Virus record (IMG/VR): IMGVR_UViG_2880389630_000005
Strand: one strand, 5' to 3'
Origin: a virus
Lineage: Duplodnaviria; Heunggongvirae; Uroviricota; Caudoviricetes
Length of the DNA stretch: 64,000 bases
The notes under the pieces were generated by a model, which saw only the letters and a program-made list of their open reading frames with translations, made no database searches and had not been told where the DNA came from. Within the stretch, counting starts at the first letter, position 1. Each line of letters opens with the position of its first letter. Positions 9,144 through 17,745 of this stretch are shown piece by piece. Both the position numbers and the translations under genes were made by a program.

Positions 9144-9788
9144 ATGACGACTGAAAATAAAGTTAAGCAATACACGAAAACTCAAGCGCCTGAAGGTTAC
9201 TGGGTGGATGCCCGTGGCGTAATGACACCTGAAAGCCTTATCAAAGATATTGACCGCGACCGCGAGCAGCTGGTCGGTGAGCTTGTGGAGATGGTGATTG
9301 CTGCCTCCGCCTCACTGCGGGAACTGAAACTGCGTGCGTTTGGTGATATCCAGGCATTTATTGACCTGTCGGCGGAGAAATACGGTGCTGTGAAAGGCGG
9401 CAAAAAAGGGAATATCACGCTTTACAGCTTTGACGGGCGTTACAAGATTCAGCGCGCCATGCAGGACCGTATCGCGTTTGATGAACGCATTCAGACCGCG
9501 AAGGCGCTGATTGACGACTGTCTGGCTGACTGGACGGAAGGTGCGCGCCCTGAAATTAAAGCCATCATCAGTGAGGCATTCAGCACGGACAAGGAAGGCA
9601 ACATCAACACCGGGCGCGTTCTGGCCCTGCGTCGCCTCGAAATTGAGGACGAACGCTGGAATAACGCCATGTCGCTGATTGGTGAAGCCGTCCAGGTGAT
9701 TGGCAGCAAGAGCTATATTCGTGTGTATGAGCGCGTTGGTGATTCTGATGAATACCGCGCAATCCCTCTTGATATTGCAGGGGTTTAA
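9144..9788 (+). CDS. Conserved Mu-like early protein (possibly DUF3164-like)
   Basis: 214 aa; RBS gagg upstream; family assignment tentative, from memory. Confidence 0.6.
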   Translation: MTTENKVKQYTKTQAPEGYWVDARGVMTPESLIKDIDRDREQLVGELVEMVIAASASLRELKLRAFGDIQAFIDLSAEKYGAVKGGKKGNITLYSFDGRYKIQRAMQDRIAFDERIQTAKALIDDCLADWTEGARPEIKAIISEAFSTDKEGNINTGRVLALRRLEIEDERWNNAMSLIGEAVQVIGSKSYIRVYERVGDSDEYRAIPLDIAGV

Positions 9789-9789
9789 T

Positions 9790-10023
9790 ATGCATCAGAA
9801 TATCAAAGAGTACAGAGCCGGAAATAGTTGCGCGGCGTATTCGCTGGGCGCGTCCAGAGCAGAACAACGCGGCGATTATGACGAGGCAGAAAAACTGTGG
9901 CGCAAGGCAGCGCAAAGCCCGTGTAGCACCCTGCGCCGCATCTGGGCTGAACATCGTGCGGAGTTCTGCGCTAACGCTCACCTGAAGGGCTGGAGGCCAC
10001 GCCATGAATGCGAAGAACTTTAA
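9790..10023 (+). CDS. Hypothetical early protein
   Basis: 77 aa from ATG 9790 directly after upstream stop. Confidence 0.4.
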   Translation: MHQNIKEYRAGNSCAAYSLGASRAEQRGDYDEAEKLWRKAAQSPCSTLRRIWAEHRAEFCANAHLKGWRPRHECEEL

Positions 10024-10195
10024 TAAGCAGTATCCGGTAGGGGCTCGCTTCATGCACACTGCACATCCGGCGTTGCGTGGTGGTCGTGTGGTGAAAACCG
10101 TTTCACCTGCCAGAGATTTTAAATGTGGTTGTGTGGTTGAAATTAATGTCGAGCCTTATTTCGTTAAAGTCGAAACACTGAAAGCAGCGCATTAA
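10004..10195 (+). CDS. Hypothetical early protein
   Basis: 63 aa; RBS ggagg upstream. Confidence 0.4.
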   Translation: MNAKNFNKQYPVGARFMHTAHPALRGGRVVKTVSPARDFKCGCVVEINVEPYFVKVETLKAAH

Positions 10196-10269
10196 TTTAA
10201 TTCAATTTTAATTGTTATTTAAAACAGGCGTAAACCCGCCGGGGCTGGCTTACGCCTGAATCTAGAGAA

Positions 10270-10662
10270 ATGAAAATGAGTGTTACCGTTATCAATGAAA
10301 TGCTTGGGCGTACATTTAAAGAAGTAGTTAAGAATGAAAACGATGAACTTGTTTTTCGTGGTGATTATTCCCGGGGAGTATGGGGAACCGTGTTTACATT
10401 TTTCCACTTTCAGGAGGGCTGCGAAAAAGTCTGGATTGAGGACATCGTCGGAGACCTTGACGACCTGAAAGATGAACCGCTGACAGAGGCTGAAGTGGTT
10501 ACCGAAGAATGTGATGTTGGGGAAGGTCATCAGACATGGAGTTTCTTTAAGTTCGGCACATCAAAAGGCTGTGTAGTCGTCAGATGGTGCGGTGAGAGCG
10601 AGGGCTTTTATTCTGAGTGCGTTTCACTGAAGCGGGAATTAACTGACGTCTTCGATTTTTAA
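10270..10662 (+). CDS. Hypothetical acidic early protein
   Basis: 130 aa; strongly acidic (many D/E); no recognisable motif. Confidence 0.5.
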   Translation: MKMSVTVINEMLGRTFKEVVKNENDELVFRGDYSRGVWGTVFTFFHFQEGCEKVWIEDIVGDLDDLKDEPLTEAEVVTEECDVGEGHQTWSFFKFGTSKGCVVVRWCGESEGFYSECVSLKRELTDVFDF

Positions 10663-10725
10663 CTCTGACTTCGTTTTTTTATGGCGCAGGTAAACAGGTC
10701 TGCGCCTGAATAAGAGAAATTCATT

Positions 10726-11454
10726 ATGGAAAATAAAAGCAAATACATTGCCAAAATTAAAAAGCTGTTACGCCTTGCCAAAGGAACATCAAGCCCGGAA
10801 GAAGCCGCTAACGCTATTGCAAAAGCCCAGGCTTATATGCGCCAGCATGGTATCAGCGAAAACGACGCTGAATTGTTCGACATTCAGGAAGCTGCCAGCG
10901 CGGGTGCACCGAGTGATGCCAGTACGCCGCCGCTTTATATGCACATCCTGTGTGACCTGGTCTGTAAAGCCTTCGGCGTCGAGTGTTACATCTCCGGTGA
11001 GTACCGGGCTTCTGGTTTACTCAAACGTTACGTGCGTTTTTATGGCCCTGACAGCCGCCCGGAAATCGCGGCTTACGCGTTTGATGTGCTTTCCCGTCAG
11101 ATGATGGCTGAACGCAAGAAATATCAGGATAAACACTGCAAACGTTGCGGCCCGTCCACGCGGGTGGCCCGTGGCGACCAGTTCTGCGAAGGCTGGGTCT
11201 TTGGTGCCCGTGATGTCATTGCGGTGTATGACGTCTCCCCGGAAGAAAAAAGCCGCCTTGAGCTTTACAGAAAGAACCTGCACAGCACTAAAGGACTGCG
11301 CGACGGGGATATGCGTACGGCTAAAGCGTGCCGGGGTGCAGAGTTTGCCGCTACTGCCGGTTTTATCGCCGGGAAAAACGCCAGGCTGCATCAGGGGGTT
11401 AATGGTCAGAGCAACAGACCGCTGGCACTGGGAGGGTGTAACGATGGCTTTTAA
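10726..11454 (+). CDS. DUF2786-like phage protein
   Basis: 242 aa; N-terminal IAKIKKLLRLAKGTSSPEEAANAIAKAQAYMRQH matches the DUF2786 signature (from memory). Confidence 0.65.
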   Translation: MENKSKYIAKIKKLLRLAKGTSSPEEAANAIAKAQAYMRQHGISENDAELFDIQEAASAGAPSDASTPPLYMHILCDLVCKAFGVECYISGEYRASGLLKRYVRFYGPDSRPEIAAYAFDVLSRQMMAERKKYQDKHCKRCGPSTRVARGDQFCEGWVFGARDVIAVYDVSPEEKSRLELYRKNLHSTKGLRDGDMRTAKACRGAEFAATAGFIAGKNARLHQGVNGQSNRPLALGGCNDGF

Positions 11455-11671
11455 ACTTCTTAGTGTTACCGAAGCAATATACCAGCCTCCTGGAGAACGC
11501 CACGAATACAGGATGAATGACGGTAGCGCGGTGGTTGAGTTCCCCGGATATCCGGGGGCTTCCCGGTGGCGGTTCTACGACAGTGTGGGACGTCGGATTA
11601 TTAAAAGAACCGTGCACAACAATATGAAGGCTGCCGTAGAACGTCATAAGAGAAGGTTTAACTGCAAATGA
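11444..11671 (+). CDS. Hypothetical early protein
   Basis: 75 aa; RBS ggaggg upstream of ATG 11444. Confidence 0.4.
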   Translation: MAFKLLSVTEAIYQPPGERHEYRMNDGSAVVEFPGYPGASRWRFYDSVGRRIIKRTVHNNMKAAVERHKRRFNCK

Positions 11672-11898
11672 AAATTGAATTTTATGACCATGGGGTCACC
11701 GCAACTATCACTATTTCTTGTTGGTTCTGGGAGTTCCACCGTTACTTCAGAGTTGTAGATGCTGCGCTGTTTGTTGCACCGGGAGCGTTACATCACAGTG
11801 GAATCGGTATTGTTATGAACACTGTCATCAGCGGTAAAACGGTCCCGATGTTGCGGGCGTTTAAAGTGGCAAAACAGGAGGCTGGCAATGGTCATTGA
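11668..11898 (+). CDS. Hypothetical early protein
   Basis: 76 aa; start overlaps upstream stop. Confidence 0.3.
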   Translation: MKIEFYDHGVTATITISCWFWEFHRYFRVVDAALFVAPGALHHSGIGIVMNTVISGKTVPMLRAFKVAKQEAGNGH

Positions 11899-12178
11899 TA
11901 AAACGATAACGATAGATGTAGCCATGAATACAGGTCTGGCGCTTATCGGTTATGGCTATATCACTTTTATGTCATTCAGGTGGTTGATTTCTTCGATCTT
12001 TAAGCAGCGTGAAAAACGTCGTTGTAAAGACAAGCGCGCGAAGGCGCTAAATACGTTTAATGACGCTTTTGATATTGACCGTATGCAACAGGGCGACCCC
12101 GCACGTGTAATTACCCGGGGAGATATCGTGATTTTGGTATACCGGAGTGAAAAAAATGAGCAGGAGGCGGCGCAGTGA
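11888..12178 (+). CDS. Hypothetical small membrane protein
   Basis: 96 aa; hydrophobic segment LALIGYGYITFMSF; RBS ggagg. Confidence 0.45.
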   Translation: MVIDKTITIDVAMNTGLALIGYGYITFMSFRWLISSIFKQREKRRCKDKRAKALNTFNDAFDIDRMQQGDPARVITRGDIVILVYRSEKNEQEAAQ

Positions 12179-12483
12179 ACCAGCAAACCAGAATAAGCGA
12201 TAAGAGCCTGACCAGACTGATTGCCGATGCTGACAAAATGCTTGATATGCGCGGGCTGATTGTAGACAGAGAGTGGTGGACGCTTTTACGTCAGTCCCTG
12301 ACTGAACTTCAGGAGCGCCGCAAAAACAGCATTTCCGAATCTGGAATCCGTGCTGAAACCCTGAATGATTTAATCCGACATATTGACAGAAACGTGGATA
12401 TTGATGCGATGAAATCGCCGTTTGAACTGTCATCTGAAATTGTGGATTACGTTAATAAGCAACTGCACAAGGAGAATACGTAA
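12175..12483 (+). CDS. Hypothetical early protein
   Basis: 102 aa; GTG start with RBS aggagg. Confidence 0.45.
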   Translation: MNQQTRISDKSLTRLIADADKMLDMRGLIVDREWWTLLRQSLTELQERRKNSISESGIRAETLNDLIRHIDRNVDIDAMKSPFELSSEIVDYVNKQLHKENT

Positions 12484-12844
12484 TGCAGGTGGCATTTGTT
12501 GGCTTATTACCACATCCGATCCGTTTTTGGCTGTCATCGTCACTCATAAAGTCGCATGTTTTTACTGATGACAACGGCATCCCGCCCCCAAAGCGTCGTA
12601 CAGGTATTGCAGCTGCACGACGTGCAGCAAAGAAACGCAGGAGAGCAAAACGATGAAAAACCGTAAAGCAAGACTGCTGATAGCAAAACCCGGGCAGCTT
12701 ATCCGTATCTCAAATCGGCTTGTTGTTCGCTATAGATATCTTGGTTTTAGGGAGTGGTCCTCTATTCGTTTTTACGGTGTCTGGCGAAACAGAAGCGCAG
12801 CCCAAAACCGCTGGAAAAATCACGGTATGTAAAGGAGGTACCAA

Positions 12845-13255
12845 GTGAAGAAAATGATTTTTGTGGCGGCATTGCTAACCATTACCCAACATACGCAGGC
12901 TTCAGCAGTTATTGTGGCATCTACCGCTGCGACCACTGCTGCCGCAGCTGCAGCGAACTCTGCGAATATCGCAAACCAACAGGCACAGCGTGCTGCTAAT
13001 GCATCAGCCAGTGCTCTCCCGATTTCTGTTAAGGGCAGTAAGCAAAATCTGGGGTTCATAACGTGCGGTAAGCGTTCTTATGAAGCTGTAGGATCACTGG
13101 GATGTACGGTATATGGCGACAGTGAGAGCAGAGAAATTCCATGGAAAACGTGGCCCGGATACGTTCTTGGCTCGAAGCTCCCGGCCAGTTATGAGGTAAA
13201 CGCCGTGTCGTTTGATCACTATAACGACGTGGCAACTGTCTATTTCACATACTGA
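12845..13255 (+). CDS. Exported hypothetical protein (signal peptide), candidate moron
   Basis: 136 aa; RBS aaggagg; leader MKKMIFVAALLTITQHTQA; followed by hairpin at 13361-13386. Confidence 0.55.
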   Translation: MKKMIFVAALLTITQHTQASAVIVASTAATTAAAAAANSANIANQQAQRAANASASALPISVKGSKQNLGFITCGKRSYEAVGSLGCTVYGDSESREIPWKTWPGYVLGSKLPASYEVNAVSFDHYNDVATVYFTY

Positions 13256-13360
13256 GGCCCGGCATGAAATTTTCTGAATCACGGAGCAACAACACGATGA
13301 AAGCCATCACCGTAACTCGACGTTCCTGATTTCGCGAGTTGTTTAAACAGTAATCAAATG

Positions 13361-13386
13361 CAGACCAAAACATGTTTTTTGGTCTG
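13361..13386 (+). terminator. Hairpin CAGACCAAAA-loop-TTTTGGTCTG, terminator-like
   Basis: 10-bp perfect stem; T-rich 3' arm. Confidence 0.45.
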
Positions 13387-13409
13387 CCAAAAGTAGTGTT
13401 TTGGTCATT

Positions 13410-13688
13410 ATGAAGATTGAACAAATCGGAATGGCAGCCTTCCGGCAACAGGCTGAAAGCGGTGGCATGGATGAGTTCGTCGTGCAGCGGTTCGGTGGTG
13501 TGTATCACCTCTTCGCTGTGAATCGCCGCGCCGGGGTATCCTATTTTCTACAGGAACGCCGGGGCGATTACAAGACGTGGCTGTCTCTTGACCGTGCCGC
13601 CGCGTTCCTGTCAGGGATTGGCGTTTCACGTTTTACCGTGCGTTTTGAGGATAACAAACATGCTGAAAAAGATGATCGGGGCCATTAA
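13410..13688 (+). CDS. Hypothetical protein
   Basis: 92 aa from ATG 13410; overlaps start of GemA-like gene. Confidence 0.3.
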   Translation: MKIEQIGMAAFRQQAESGGMDEFVVQRFGGVYHLFAVNRRAGVSYFLQERRGDYKTWLSLDRAAAFLSGIGVSRFTVRFEDNKHAEKDDRGH

Positions 13689-14058
13689 AGCTGGTCAGGC
13701 GTATCTGGGGTGGGATGATGCCCTTTATCGCCAGACGCTGGCCCGCCTGACCGGTAAAACCAGCACCACACGCTGCAATCTCGATGAACTGCGCATCATC
13801 CGGGAATACATGCACGAACAGGGATTCCCGCGCAAGGCACCCACCGGTAAAGGTCGCCGCCCTCGTGTTGCAATGAGCAGAAAATCAGTATTATCCAAAA
13901 TTGAAGCGTTGCTGGCTGATGCAGGTCGTTCCTGGGCGTATGCAGAAGGACTGGCATCTCACATGTATAAGCAACATGTGATCGAATGGCTGACGGATGA
14001 ACAGCTTTTTGGAGTGATGGTGGCGCTGGTTAAAGATTCAAGAAGGAGAAATCAATGA
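13660..14058 (+). CDS. GemA-like protein (Mu gp16 family)
   Basis: 132 aa from ATG 13660 with RBS gagga; position just upstream of mor-like gene. Confidence 0.65.
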   Translation: MLKKMIGAIKAGQAYLGWDDALYRQTLARLTGKTSTTRCNLDELRIIREYMHEQGFPRKAPTGKGRRPRVAMSRKSVLSKIEALLADAGRSWAYAEGLASHMYKQHVIEWLTDEQLFGVMVALVKDSRRRNQ

Positions 14059-14531
14059 TGAAAAAATGGTTGTTTTGTTTAGTAGGGGTTATTTTCTCTT
14101 GTTCTGTGCTGGCACAGACAGAGGAACAGGCGCAAAAGGAACTGAAACGTTATCAGGATATGAAGCCATTGGCTGAACAGATGCTTCGGGAAAGTGGAAA
14201 ACTTTATTACGCTATGCCAGAAGCTGCATCGCAGTATCAGCAGGGAAATATTGAAGAGTGGAAGAATATCAAAAAAGGACTAAAACAACTGGATGAACAG
14301 GCCAGTAAACTGGGGGACGACCCGCTTGATCCTGTGTATGGTTCCTGCATAAAAATGAAAAACCAGCTACAGGATTACTGGTCTAACGTTATCAGGGATG
14401 ACAGGCAGTTTCTGGAACGTTCAAGAAATCAGTTTAAAGAATATCGTATGGATTGTTTTGATTCGTTTGTTTTTGGTAAAGAGCAAATAGAATCAAGAAA
14501 AGGCCTGGTTATTCTAGACCTGACTAAATAA
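14055..14531 (+). CDS. Exported hypothetical protein (signal peptide), candidate moron
   Basis: 158 aa; leader MMKKWLFCLVGVIFSCSVLA; strong terminator immediately downstream. Confidence 0.55.
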   Translation: MMKKWLFCLVGVIFSCSVLAQTEEQAQKELKRYQDMKPLAEQMLRESGKLYYAMPEAASQYQQGNIEEWKNIKKGLKQLDEQASKLGDDPLDPVYGSCIKMKNQLQDYWSNVIRDDRQFLERSRNQFKEYRMDCFDSFVFGKEQIESRKGLVILDLTK

Positions 14532-14543
14532 GACTTAGTTTAG

Positions 14544-14568
14544 CCCCTGCCATGCAGGGGATTTTTTT
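14544..14568 (+). terminator. Rho-independent terminator
   Basis: Stem CCCCTGC/GCAGGGG followed by TTTTTTT. Confidence 0.8.
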
Positions 14569-14631
14569 GTGGTCTGTACAGGCGATCATGTATGGCTATA
14601 ATAACAGTAAGTTACTACCGGAGACGCCATC

Positions 14632-15099
14632 ATGCAGACCTTCAGTGAAACAGATCTTCGCGATGCGCAGGCACTGCTGCCCGATTCCGTGCAGCAACTG
14701 ATTAGCGTGATTGGCTTCCCCGCCCTGACCCGGTTAATCCGTTCTTTTGGTGGTGTGACGTTAAGCGGTAAAACCGGCGCACACGCCGAACGCACCGGCG
14801 GTGTCCATGCCCTGTTACATGACGTGCTGACCGAAGACGAAATCAACAAACTGATCCGCTTTCTTGGCGGTGCACCGTTTTACATTCCCCGTTGTGATCA
14901 TGCTTTACGTGCCCTGCGTAACACCCGTTTTATGGCTGATTTACAGCAGCATGTAAAAGGCGGATGCTCACACCGACAGGCGCTGGCACTGCTCTGTCCC
15001 CGTTACGGCATTTCAGACCGGTACGCATGGCAACTGATACACCGACGACAAAAACAGACTTCGCTGAAAAGCCCCACCCAGGTGGGGCTTTTTGATTAA
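14632..15099 (+). CDS. Mor/C-family transcription activator (middle operon regulator-like)
   Basis: 155 aa; FYIPRCD and C-terminal RYGIS...AWQLIHRR resemble Mu Mor (from memory). Confidence 0.65.
   Translation: MQTFSETDLRDAQALLPDSVQQLISVIGFPALTRLIRSFGGVTLSGKTGAHAERTGGVHALLHDVLTEDEINKLIRFLGGAPFYIPRCDHALRALRNTRFMADLQQHVKGGCSHRQALALLCPRYGISDRYAWQLIHRRQKQTSLKSPTQVGLFD
15071..15093 (+). terminator. Rho-independent terminator overlapping the mor-like stop
   Basis: Stem GCCCCACC/GGTGGGGC followed by TTTTT. Confidence 0.65.
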
Positions 15100-15124
15100 T
15101 GGGCCTCAGAAAAAGGAGACACTT

Positions 15125-15403
15125 ATGACCAACTATACGGCACTTGGCGAGTATACGGCCTACTCAGAGCAGGCACGGGATGCTGCCGGACGCCGCTTCG
15201 CTTATATGAAAAACCTGGCCAACCAACTAAACCGAATGGCCGAACAACCGGATATGGTTGTTCAGGAAGAAGCGTTACAGTGTGCCATTGCTGACATCAT
15301 CGCCAGCGAAAACGAGATGCGCGCAGCGATGGAAAAGGCGAACGCCTCTGCTCCGCTTTGTAATAAACCTCTTATTACGCCGGATTCTCTTTCCCGCTTC
15401 TGA
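15125..15403 (+). CDS. Hypothetical protein
   Basis: 92 aa from ATG 15125; RBS aaaaaggaga. Confidence 0.4.
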   Translation: MTNYTALGEYTAYSEQARDAAGRRFAYMKNLANQLNRMAEQPDMVVQEEALQCAIADIIASENEMRAAMEKANASAPLCNKPLITPDSLSRF

Positions 15404-15585
15404 TTTAGCACCCCGCCGCCGCGGGGTGCTGAACTCCCCCAGCAGTACCCACCACACCAGACCGTTTACCCTGTCCACTCAGACCACAAGGCACCTTAAG
15501 GGATAGCGCCCTGCAAAAGGCTTTTGTGCCTTTGACAGGGTGTTATTTACGGGCCGTCAGTGGCTCAGATTTACAGGAGAAACTC

Positions 15586-15978
15586 ATGTCTGAACCCTTA
15601 TCAGGCGGCGGAGCTGTGGCAGTCACCATCGGTGGTGCCAGTGTGTTTGGCCTTCTCACCAATACCGATTTCGGGGTCGTGGTGGGCGCGTTTGCCGGGG
15701 CGCTTTTTGTTGTCACGCAGCAGAAAGAAATCCCGGTATGGCGAATGGCTATTCATCTGCTCGTCGCGTTTGTGGTTGGCGTTCTGGGGGCTGGCGTGGC
15801 TGCGTCACTGATGCAGTGGCTGACCCACTACAACGACAAGCCGCTCGATGCATTGTGTGCGGTCGGTGTCTCGGCGTTATCCATCAAGATACTGACCTTT
15901 CTTTATCAACAGGAAATTTCATCGCTGTTCGGCCTGTTTTCCAGACTGCGCGGCGGAGGGGGTGGAAATGGAAAGTAG
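15586..15978 (+). CDS. Putative holin-like membrane protein
   Basis: 130 aa from ATG 15586 with RBS aggaga; 3-4 predicted TM segments; upstream of endolysin. Confidence 0.5.
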   Translation: MSEPLSGGGAVAVTIGGASVFGLLTNTDFGVVVGAFAGALFVVTQQKEIPVWRMAIHLLVAFVVGVLGAGVAASLMQWLTHYNDKPLDALCAVGVSALSIKILTFLYQQEISSLFGLFSRLRGGGGGNGK

Positions 15979-16264
15979 CCTTGCCGGTATCGTGAACGTC
16001 TGGCTGTGTCTCGCCATTGTGCTGGGGTTGTTTGTGTATCGCCGCCACGGTGCGGCGCATAAACCGATGATTACCTGGCTGGCGTACTGGCTGATGCTCG
16101 GCTACGTCATCATCCCGTTCCGCTGGCTGTCCGGTACATACACGCACTCCAGCTGGCTGGTTGTGGCGCTGAATCTGGTTTTCTGTGCGCTTATCGTGTG
16201 GGCGCACGGGAATTTGTCAAAAATCCTTTCGTTACTGAGGCATCCACATGAAATCAAAAGATAA
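15968..16264 (+). CDS. Small membrane protein (holin/antiholin-like)
   Basis: ~98 aa; three hydrophobic segments; lies between holin-like gene and endolysin. Confidence 0.4.
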   Translation: MESSLAGIVNVWLCLAIVLGLFVYRRHGAAHKPMITWLAYWLMLGYVIIPFRWLSGTYTHSSWLVVALNLVFCALIVWAHGNLSKILSLLRHPHEIKR

Positions 16265-16793
16265 AATTTTTGATGAAGTCCTGGGCAAAGAAGGCGGTTA
16301 TGTCAATCACCCGGATGATAAGGGCGGTCCGACCAAATGGGGCATTACGGAAAAAGTCGCCCGCGCCCACGGATACCGTGGCGATATGCGCGATTTAACC
16401 CGCGAACAGGCGCTGGACATCCTTGAAGCCGATTACTGGTATGGCCCGCGATTTGACCAGATCGCCGCATTATCCCCTGATATTGCCGCAGAGCTGTGTG
16501 ATACCGGTGTGAATATGGGGCCAACCGTGGCGTCCAGAATGCTTCAGCGCTGGCTGAATGTGTTCAATCTGCGCGGCAGGCTGTACCCGGATATGGACGC
16601 AGACGGACGCATCGGGCCTCGTACCATCAGTGCATTGCGCGCCTTCCTGAATAATCGCGGTCAGGACGGTGAACGGGTGATGCTGACGGCCCTGAACTGT
16701 ACGCAGGGGGACCGCTATCTGGAACTGGCGGAGAAACGCGAGGCTAATGAATCGTTTGTTTATGGCTGGCTGAAGGAGCGCGTGGCGATATGA
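16248..16793 (+). CDS. Endolysin, GH108-type muramidase with peptidoglycan-binding domain
   Basis: 181 aa; GGYVNHPDDKGGPTKWGIT N-terminus typical of GH108/PG_binding_3 proteins. Confidence 0.85.
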   Translation: MKSKDKIFDEVLGKEGGYVNHPDDKGGPTKWGITEKVARAHGYRGDMRDLTREQALDILEADYWYGPRFDQIAALSPDIAAELCDTGVNMGPTVASRMLQRWLNVFNLRGRLYPDMDADGRIGPRTISALRAFLNNRGQDGERVMLTALNCTQGDRYLELAEKREANESFVYGWLKERVAI

Positions 16794-16972
16794 CGCGTCA
16801 GCACTGGACCCACAGAACGCCACGTAAAGCCGCGCGCTGTGTTCTGGCCCTGTTTCTGGTGATGTTGCTTCCGGTGGGATGCACAGACATTAACAGAACG
16901 GGACAGCTGTTAGACGCGGCGGCGCAGGTCTGCCGGATTATTGACGGCATCCGGCAGTGTTCACAGAACTGA
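16790..16972 (+). CDS. Putative lipoprotein (possible spanin component)
   Basis: 60 aa; hydrophobic leader ending LLPVGC; start overlaps endolysin stop. Confidence 0.4.
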   Translation: MTRQHWTHRTPRKAARCVLALFLVMLLPVGCTDINRTGQLLDAAAQVCRIIDGIRQCSQN

Positions 16973-17199
16973 TTTTTCGAAGGTCTGACACAGTGAGCAT
17001 TATCAGATTTACAGAATACAGAGGTTCAGGAGGTGCTGGCGCTGTCATGGTGCTCGCTGAACGCATCACCCATTTTTACCGTCAGTACGGTACACATGAT
17101 GGCACGGTCATTGAACTGGATACCGGGAAAAACGTGTTTGTTCTTGAAAATCCCGACGAAGTTCAGCGCAGGATTGAACAGGCTCAGAAGGACACTTAA
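16957..17199 (+). CDS. Hypothetical protein
   Basis: 80 aa ORF; start uncertain (alternative GTG 16993). Confidence 0.3.
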   Translation: MFTELIFRRSDTVSIIRFTEYRGSGGAGAVMVLAERITHFYRQYGTHDGTVIELDTGKNVFVLENPDEVQRRIEQAQKDT

Positions 17200-17699
17200 T
17201 GGCGTGGTCACAGGATATCAGGGACAAAGTCCGTAACGGGTACATCTTTGACCAGCTTCCGCTGGATATCGTCGCCATGAAATACGCCGTGCCGCACGAT
17301 ACCGCGCGGCGCTGGAAAACGCAGGCGATGAAGAACGGCGACGACTGGGACAAGCTGCGGGCCGCTCACGCGCTCGCCGGTGACGGGCTGGAAAGTGTCG
17401 CCCGCACCGTACTTATCAGTCTGGTGGTGAAGTGTCAGACGACGCTTGAGCGGCTGAACCAGAACCCGGACATCCCGCCGCAGGAGTCCGTCGAACTGCT
17501 GGCGAGTCTGTCTGACAGTCTCAGTAAGGCGGTGGCCAGCAGCAAAAAAATCCTGCCGGAAACCGATCGGCTCGCCACGGCACTGGAAGTGGTGCAGCGG
17601 CTCGGCGCGTTCATCAAGGAGCGTCACCCGGCACAGTATGCCCCGTTTCTTGAGGTGCTCGAAGGCTTCGCTAAAGAGCTTGAGGATAATTTCAGTTAA
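17199..17699 (+). CDS. Mu gp27-like protein (putative terminase small subunit)
   Basis: 166 aa; position and N-terminal similarity to Mu gp27. Confidence 0.65.
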   Translation: MAWSQDIRDKVRNGYIFDQLPLDIVAMKYAVPHDTARRWKTQAMKNGDDWDKLRAAHALAGDGLESVARTVLISLVVKCQTTLERLNQNPDIPPQESVELLASLSDSLSKAVASSKKILPETDRLATALEVVQRLGAFIKERHPAQYAPFLEVLEGFAKELEDNFS

Positions 17700-17745
17700 C
17701 CACAGCGGCCCGGTTTTCCGGGCCGTCTGATATTCGGGATTTGTA

